Below, in pieces: positions 55,346 through 64,000 of a DNA stretch of 64,000 nucleotides. Below the pieces are notes generated by a model, which did not search any database, was not told the origin of the DNA, and was given only the letters and a program-made list of their open reading frames with translations. Location: NCBI RefSeq assembly GCF_009914755.1, contig NC_060926.1. One strand, written 5' to 3'. The number at the start of each line of letters is the position of its first letter. Within the stretch, counting starts at the first letter, position 1. This DNA is from the human T2T-CHM13v2.0 reference genome, Homo sapiens. A program made the position numbers and the translations under genes.

Positions 55346-58206
55346 GAACATCTTTAACTTTTTACTTAGACTATACAGAAAAGTGTACACACTCTAAGTA
55401 TACCTATAACACAGGGTATATAGGGTATAACACTGGCACCTCAGAAGTTCCCACATACTGTTTCCCAGGCAGTATCCTCACTGCCACCAAGGATAACCCC
55501 AACAAGAATGGCTGAGCTTCCAGTAGCAAAACTCACTTATGCCTGCTATAAAACTATGTAAATAGAATCATGCAGTGTGTATCTTTTGAACTTAGCACCT
55601 TCCATGCAAAATTTCGCTTGTGAGATTTGCCCATATTTTTCTTTACAAAAAAAATTTTGATGTCATTGACAGAGCTACAACCCTTTATTTCCTAGGTGAG
55701 GTATAATTAGTATTTAAAAACTAAAATCTCACCCAAAGATCAGAGAATATGAAGAAACAGGGAGAAATCTCTAAACTTACACTTTCTTCTTCTAGAAATT
55801 TAGTAACACATTAATTTAGGAGTTTCCTAGACTCCTCCATTGGAAGCTGCTTCTAGGCAGGAGGTAAAGTTAAGCAGATGTGGGGCCAGGTTTCTATTTT
55901 TGAAGAGGGCTTGCCCTTCTTTGTATTATTTCATCACTTCTAGCTGAATTCATCAATTATCATTTTCTCCTTTCACTCTTCAGTAAAGCCTTTCAGTGGC
56001 CTAGAAAAAAAGCAAGACTCCCTGACAGGCAAGCTCAGAAAAATCAGACCTGAAATAGAGAGGGGAAAAAGCATCATGGCATCCAGGGTGGGGTCATTGG
56101 AGACTGGAGAGAGTGCCAAAGCATTTCCTGAGAACAGCTCCTCCTAGCGGGAATTGTGTGCCCTGATCTCGTCCTGGATCACCTTGACCTTCCCACCACC
56201 CACTCCTCCTAGCCATCTCTTTTCTCAGCTCCCATTTTAGGGAGCAGCAGACTCACACCTGGACCCTTTACGCTAAATTTAAGCAATGAAATTATGAGAA
56301 CTTGGAAACTGAATAAAGGAATTAAAGGGAAGAAGCAGTATAACTTGAGTGAGCTTTGAAATACAAGGGAAGAACAGTTTTGGGTGTGTGTGAATATGAT
56401 GAGTTGAGCTTTAGACATTGAGTGACAGCAAGATAGCTAAGTATCTCTCCCAAATAGTCCATTGGATATTTGAGTTTGAAGTTCAAGGCCAAGATCAAGA
56501 CAGGAATGCAAGTGAAGGAGTTTTAAGAACATAGATGACAGAAACATAAGCAGGTAAGACTGCGTAAGAATAGACTATAGACCTGGGAGAATACCGATAA
56601 CACATAGAAACAATCCAAATGAAGACATGCTGTGACTCTGATCAGATTGTAGATACTGTATAGCCATACGTTCTTCTACATTCTCTTCATGCTAAGAATC
56701 TTACTCAGTATTTCCAATGGTCAAAATACAGTGTTCATTAAATCTTGTCCACCTATATTTAGGGAAGAAAAGTCAAAGGCTAATTACAGATTAATGATGA
56801 GCAACATTTAAGTAAAGTGAGTGAAAATTGATTCTGTTATCTCTGAAAGATTCAACAGAATGCTTTAGCATTACATATCAATGTAGATAAATACATATAT
56901 TGCTGGATAAAGGGTATGACAGCAATATATTCTCACACAAATAAGTCTTACCTATACATGCTGAAATGTTCATTTTTCAGTCCATTACGTTCAATTTAAT
57001 GCATATAGAACACGTCTAGAATCAATAGGACTTTGAAGGTTTCATTTTTAATTTCACTCACATGAAAAATTCTGTATGCTGCTTGGTAGTTCCAGCACTT
57101 AAGCAGTGTCAGCAACAGGCCCCTCGGGAAGCATGAGGCCAAGGTTAAATCTCTTCTAAGCCAAGATGCTCAGATACCCAAAGAACCAATTTTCGTTGTA
57201 TTGCATGTCTCCTGGTATTTTATCGGCATGCCCGGAATCAGAGTGAAAGGGGTGCACTGGGACTAATTTCAGTTGCAGATATATAACTCCTGGCATTACG
57301 TTTTCCGTAACTTTCACAAAATTCAAGGTTACTGCTTTGGCTTATTAGTCTTTAGCTAATTTTGTATCACCCACAGGAAACAAAAGTAGAAATGTTGTCT
57401 CTCCCAAAATATAGACAACAGTGTAATGGGAGATGTGGGTTCCAGTTTCTGCTGAATTTACAAGTACTTTCTAAAGAAGAAACAGCTTAAATAACTTTTA
57501 TTCATGACTAAAATAGTCATTATGTATAAAGGTAATGCCCCTGATCCTCCTGGCCAAGTGGCATTCCCTTAGATTGCTTCTTTATCATAAAAATAGATTT
57601 GCATATCTCCACCAGTGGCCATATCCCCTTTCATAGCTCTATCTGCAAAATGGCAGATTTGGAGTAGAATCAGAGTCGGGATGACCATGAATGTAGTATG
57701 TGAGAGCTCATCCTGGCAGCAGATCAAAAGCAATCCAGAAAATGTACTCAGGGAAAAAATTCTCCTATACTGTTTTACTAGCCCACATGCCTCACACCTG
57801 TCCTTCACGGACACATCACCTCCGGTGATCCCTGCATTGATCAGACTCAATAGCTTGCTGAACAACATTCATACTTAATCATATACTTGTACAGTATTTT
57901 GCAATTTCAACAAATTTTCACATATGCTATTTAATTTTATATTCTATGAACTCACTATAGTAACAAAGCAGCTGTTATTGCATATCTTACTGGGGGAACT
58001 GAAGCTCCAAAAAGTTACAAAGCTAGCACACAATAACATAATACATGGCGAAACTTGTCTAGAAGCTAAGTACCTCCCAGTTTCTAGAGTAGTATTATCT
58101 TTACTCTACCCCAGGCATCCTATAAAAAACAAAAACATTACTGAGGTCTCACTCAGGGTAGAAATAGGGCCTAGTGTCATGTTAAAAATCTTTTTTCTGG
58201 GTTGAG

Positions 58207-59055
58207 ATTTTTTTTTATTATACTTTAAGTTTTGGGGTACATGTGCACAATGTGCAGGTTTATAACATATGTATACATGTGTCATGTTGGTGTGCTGCAC
58301 CCATTAACTCGTCATTTAACATTAGATATATCTCCTAATGCTATCCCTCCCCGCTCCCCCTACCCCACAACAGGCTCAGGTGTGTGATGTTCCCCTTCCT
58401 GTGTCCATGTGTTATCGTTCAATTCCCACGTATGAGTGAGAACATGCAGTGTTTGGTTTTTTGTCCTTGTGATAGTTTGCTGAGAATGATGGTTTCCAGC
58501 TTCATCCATGTCCCTACAAAGGACAGGAACTCATCCTTTTTTATGGCTGCATAGTATTCCATGGTGTATATGTGCCACATTTTCTTAATCCAGTCTATCA
58601 TTGCTGGACATTTGGCTTGGTTCCAAGTCTTTGCTATTGTGAATAGTGCCGCAATAAACATACGTGTGCATGTGTCTTTATAGTGGCATGATTTATAATC
58701 CTTTGGGTATATACCCAGTAATGGGATGGCTGGGTCAAATGGTGTTTCTAGTTCTAGATCCCTGAGGAATTGCCACACCGACTTCCACAATGGTTGAACT
58801 TAGTTTACAGTCCCACCAACAGTGTAAAAGTGTTCCTATTTCTCCACATCCTCTCCAGCACCTGTTGTTTCCTGACTTTTTAATGATTGCCATTCTAACT
58901 GGTGTGAGATGGTATCTCATTGTGGTTTTGATTTGCATTTCTCTGATGGCCAGTGATGATGAGCATTTTTTCATGTGTCTTTTGGCTGCACAAATGTCTT
59001 ATTTTGAGAAATGTCTGTTCATATCCTTCGCCCACTTGTTGATGGGGTTGTTTGT
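58207..59055 (-). mobile_element. L1PA4/5-like, 5'-truncated (about 850 bp)
   Basis: Antisense 3'UTR plus the ORF2 C-terminus (ORFs 58419-58790 and 58735-58974, ...[19 protein letters not shown]). Confidence 0.95.
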
Positions 59056-60344
59056 AAAAAAAGTTTTCTTATAAGACAGACTTTGTCTTTGACATCCCAA
59101 CCTTTTTCCCAGAGCCCTATTTCTCTCCCCATCTTTCTACCTTCCAGACCTGGATTTAGCATCCTCAGAAAGCCTCAGCATGCTGAGAAGAGTCATTCCC
59201 ATCTCTTCCTACTAAGCAGATTCCTACTGGTACTTCGCAGACTCAAATATGATCTCCTCTCTGAATATTTTCCTTTTTCTCCTGGAATCACTTACTGTGT
59301 CCTCCTATAAGCTATCAGAGGAGAGCTTTTTTCATACATTTTAACAGTACTTATTACATTATATTTTAATATTTCAACCTATCCGTTTTTCCCCAGGACT
59401 TTGAGCTCCTGCAAGACAGCCAATTTTCATCCTTGTATTGACCATAGTACCTAGAAGAGTCTCTGGCACATAAGAGATGTTCAATAAATGTGGAGTGAGT
59501 GGACCTGAAAACCTTTAGCCAAAAGTGTTGATGACAATGGGCCCACTCCCTTCACAATAACAGATGCTTATAAATGTGAAGATATGTCATCAGGAAAAGG
59601 GAAATACTTGGCACAAAGTAATGAATCTCTCAAGATGAAATATCACAATGAATATAATTTGGGAATGTAGGGACAGTGCAATCTTATTGTTTCTCGAATT
59701 GTATCACATAGGCAAATTCCAAAATGAATTCAAATTACTTCAAGTCAAATATTTATAGTGGACATTTGGCATTCATCAGCAATACTTCCAGAGTCCTCTA
59801 CATATCCTTAAATTTGATATTCCAGAACATTTTGCATGGATCTTGATTTTCTCCAAAATCACATTCTATTGAAAATAACCTGTTTCCTTTTCCTTCTCAA
59901 CTCCTAAGTTTACTAAATTTTTATAAAACCATGTCTCTTATTTTATACACATACAAAAATTGTAGTTATAAGCACTTAGTGATGCACAATAAAGACTGCT
60001 TGATGAAGAAGAACCACAGTCATATTGAGATGCACATGCTGGGAGCAGTAAAATTTCAGAGCCCTCTGGAGGTCACTTGGGAAAATTCAAAACCACAAGT
60101 GTCAAATCTGCGAATGCAAAGAATCTAATGGATACTAAGTGCTTATTATATGCAAGACATTGTGGCGAGTGCTGCAGAGAATTCAATATGCATAATTGTC
60201 TCTGTTCTAAATATTTTACTAATTAGTCCAGTGCCTCTATCTCTGTTGTATCACCATTTTTGTTGACATTTTTATTTAATAGAACTTACTATAGAAATAG
60301 CCTAAAGGCTTCCAGTCAAGATGGTGCCTTGAATTAATGCTGCA

Positions 60345-60348
<4 letters not shown>

Positions 60349-60396
<48 letters not shown>
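60349..60396 (+). repeat. Compound (TC)n(CA)n microsatellite
   Basis: Directly visible. Confidence 0.95.
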
Positions 60397-60397
<1 letters not shown>

Positions 60398-60779
60398 AAT
60401 ACTAATAGATTAGATACTTTAAAAAATTTTAACATGAATATTTTTCAGTATATTAACATGCACAAGAGCTAGTAATACGATAGAACAGACAGAGGTGAGG
60501 AAAGGCTATTGCCACTAGATCAACCAGATTCCAGAATTGTTCATAGTATATATATAACATACACACACATATACATATATATATACATATATACACACAC
60601 GCATATATTTTAATGGAGAGCCTGTGCCAATCCCCAAGACACTGGCTTATATGAAACTATACTTGGCAGCAGGAGGGGAACTATAGAGAGCATAAACAGC
60701 CATGCCAGTAGGACCCGAGCCAAGCTTGAAGGCTTATGATTAGGTCGGTATTGTTTTCATTATCACCATGGGACACAAA

Positions 60780-61864
<1,085 letters not shown>

Positions 61865-61869
61865 CTAAA

Positions 61870-61975
61870 AATTATTTTTATAATACTTTTATAATATTTT
61901 ATAATATTTTATAATATAATTATAATATTTTAAAAATATTTTTATAATATAATATTTTTATAATTTTATAAGTTA
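61870..61975. repeat. AT-rich (TATAATATTT)n low-complexity repeat
   Basis: Directly visible. Confidence 0.85.
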
Positions 61976-63420
61976 TTTTGTTTTCATTGTATTGACATTT
62001 GCACTGATATTACAAAAGCAACAGTGGGTAAAACTGCTCAAACCAAGGCAGTAGCACTAAATTATACTAGTGGTCTTTTTCACTGCTATGTGTCAGAGAT
62101 AGACACAATTGGACATTAATTAAAACAGTGAAAACAAATTTTATTCAATGACTACTCACAGTAGGGGAAACAGTCAAGCTCTATTTCAATTTGGGCAGAG
62201 GTGGTTTGGGTGTTTTAAAAGGAGAATGAGGAAGGGGTCAGTGTAGGGACTCAACAGAATCAGAGAAGTGAACAAGTACAAAGGGTTAGTCAGTGTGAAG
62301 GTAAGTAGGCCAGCTGTGTCTGCTAGCAGGTAGTTATCTAAGTTAAGGTTCTATCCTCCCACAGAGACTGGGAGAGAGAGGCCTTATCCTTTTTGATGAC
62401 TGCATTTCAAAGGAATGGCCCCCCAGTGAGCAGCAAGAGCTATGTATTTACAATCCTGAGCCCATTTTAGTTAGTGAACTAAGAAAGGGAGGTCAGAGGC
62501 CTATCATTCTGTGTGTGTTGGCTAGAACAAATAGTAAGCTTTTCTGGCAGCATGAACTTTCTCAGGCAGGCATTTTAACGGGGACTGGAGTCATCCTAGG
62601 GACATGGTGTTATGCTACTGGAAGCCATGCCAGAGTTTTGTCAGGTCTCAAAGTGCAAGAGTTTGAATGAAGTTTCATGTGCCATGAGTTCTGCATTTTT
62701 CACATGCACTTGCAGAAAACACATGCCACCCCCTCACTCAGCTCCCAAAAGCCAGTTTTGCATAAGAATGACCTTCATGAAACGATATTAATTATATTAA
62801 AACTCAATCCTCGAGTACATGTCTTTTTAGTATGCAGTGTGACAAAATGGGAATTATAAATAAAGTACTTTCTGCTGCATACTAAAGTACTCAAGTTACC
62901 TTAAGGAAAAGCTATGTTCAATTGTTTGAATTGTAAAATGAACTACCACTTTTTTTCATGGAACATGATTTTTACTTGTAAGAATGACTGATGGACAAAC
63001 TATAGCTATCAAAGTTTGTTTTTCTGCATACATTTTTCTCAAGAATATATGTAGCAAGTCTTATCACTTCAAGGAAAACAAGTGACAGCTAGCAGTATCT
63101 CTTGCCAATGATAAAACTCAACTTTTCAAGTGAAAATTGGAAAATTCGAATTTTGCAAAACTTGTATTCACCACCCTGAGCTTGATAGCTTTACAGTACT
63201 TCAAGACTGTTCTAATAAGATCAGTGTTTATCTTAATGAATGTAATTTTTTCCACACTATAGTATTACAAAATCAGGCAGAGGAAGAAGATCTATTCAAA
63301 GTGGTACAAGATACACCAATGGATATCATGTGTAACAGAATAACTTATTGATATGATTTCAGATTTCTTCTTGCCATGAACTGTTAGTTTTGGTGTACTA
63401 CCAAAAGAAATATCCGCAAT
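61976..63420. mobile_element. Charlie1-like hAT transposon remnant split by an LTR
   Basis: gacatttgcactgat...aaaagcaacagtgggtaaaactgct; resumes after 62702 with ttctgctgcatact...ttttttcatggaaca...tcacttcaaggaaaacaa. Confidence 0.7.
62091..62702 (-). mobile_element. ERV1-class solo LTR (MER31/MER67-like)
   Basis: TG...CA termini, near-TSD TATG/CATG, an antisense AATAAA near the left end (ttttatt), and it interrupts the Charlie element. Confidence 0.65.
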
Positions 63421-63900
63421 TACCTTCTACCACTCCTATAGTTCAACATTTTCTTGGAGTTCCTAGTCAACAAAAAAATGATAAAAGAAATAACACATGA
63501 GTTGTACAAAAAAAGAGACACAATTGTCATTATTTGCAGATGTTACTATCTACATAGAAAAATCAAGAAAATATCAAATAATAAAAACTTATGCAGTTCA
63601 GCAGCTGAATGAACATGTAAAAATTAATAGCATTTCTCCCCAAGTCATAAATAGAAAATGTAATGGCAATAAAAATCTCATTTATAATGACAACAGAAAA
63701 TATAAGGTACTTAAGCATAACACTCATGTCTTGCATGATGGTCATCAAGAACTTTAAAAATTCTAAATAAAAATTAACATGTTCATAAAGGGAATATGAG
63801 AAAAGTATCCCCAAAATTAGTTTACAAATTCAATAAAGTTTTTATCAAAATTCCCTCCAAATTCTTTGAAATTTAAACTGACCCTAAAACTCATATAGAA
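63420..63900 (+). mobile_element. Ancient L1M ORF2 (RT) fragment
   Basis: Degenerate LSLFADVTIYIE corresponds to L1 RT LSLFADDMIVYLE. Confidence 0.8.
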
Positions 63901-64000
63901 GAGAACGTCTAAAACTCATATAGAAGAGAACGTCTAAAACTGATATAGAAGAGAACGTCTAAAACTCATATAGAAGAGAATGTCTAAAACTCATATAGAA
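63884..64000 (+). repeat. 25-bp minisatellite, at least 4.7 copies, running off the window
   Basis: Unit CTAAAACTCATATAGAAGAGAACGT starts at 63884, 63909, 63934, 63959 and 63984, with only two substitutions. Confidence 0.97.

Noticed and set aside
55681-55701. TAG|GTGAGG recursive-type motif
   Set aside because: Lies downstream of the inferred gene end, with no host intron evident on the + strand.
58182-59070. Possible short transduction or TSD on the L1PA4/5 copy
   Set aside because: The flanks (taaaaatcttttttc vs taaaaaagttttc) are too degenerate to define a TSD.
63884-64000. CRISPR-like regular repeats
   Set aside because: Head-to-tail units without spacers, no cas genes, primate DNA.

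Overview
AT-rich, repeat-dense primate genomic DNA; Alu, L1PA, THE1 and MER4 content points to human or another great ape. It is not prokaryotic and has no CRISPR arrays or operons. The only protein-coding sequence I can support is a 149-nt terminal exon at 44182-44330 (+), which the ORF track misses. It translates to (G)[48 protein letters not shown], which I recognise as the C-terminus of VWC2L (brorin-like, a neuronal secreted BMP antagonist). Bases 1-44181 are therefore the distal part of VWC2L's very long last intron, about 44331-47486 is its 3'UTR, and the rest is downstream intergenic DNA. The listed ORFs are Alu/L1-derived or chance ORFs. I found no evidence of a new multi-gene system. 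The most interesting signals are smaller. They are an L1PA2-type insertion carrying both a 5' inversion and a 39-nt 3' transduction, a 37-bp duplication with an inverted locally templated insert, a strong candidate recursive splice site, three twin-primed L1s of different ages, two head-to-head MER4 LTRs, cryptic exons, and an L1-derived 25-bp minisatellite. Repeat subfamily calls are from recalled consensus motifs, and boundaries of old repeats are approximate.
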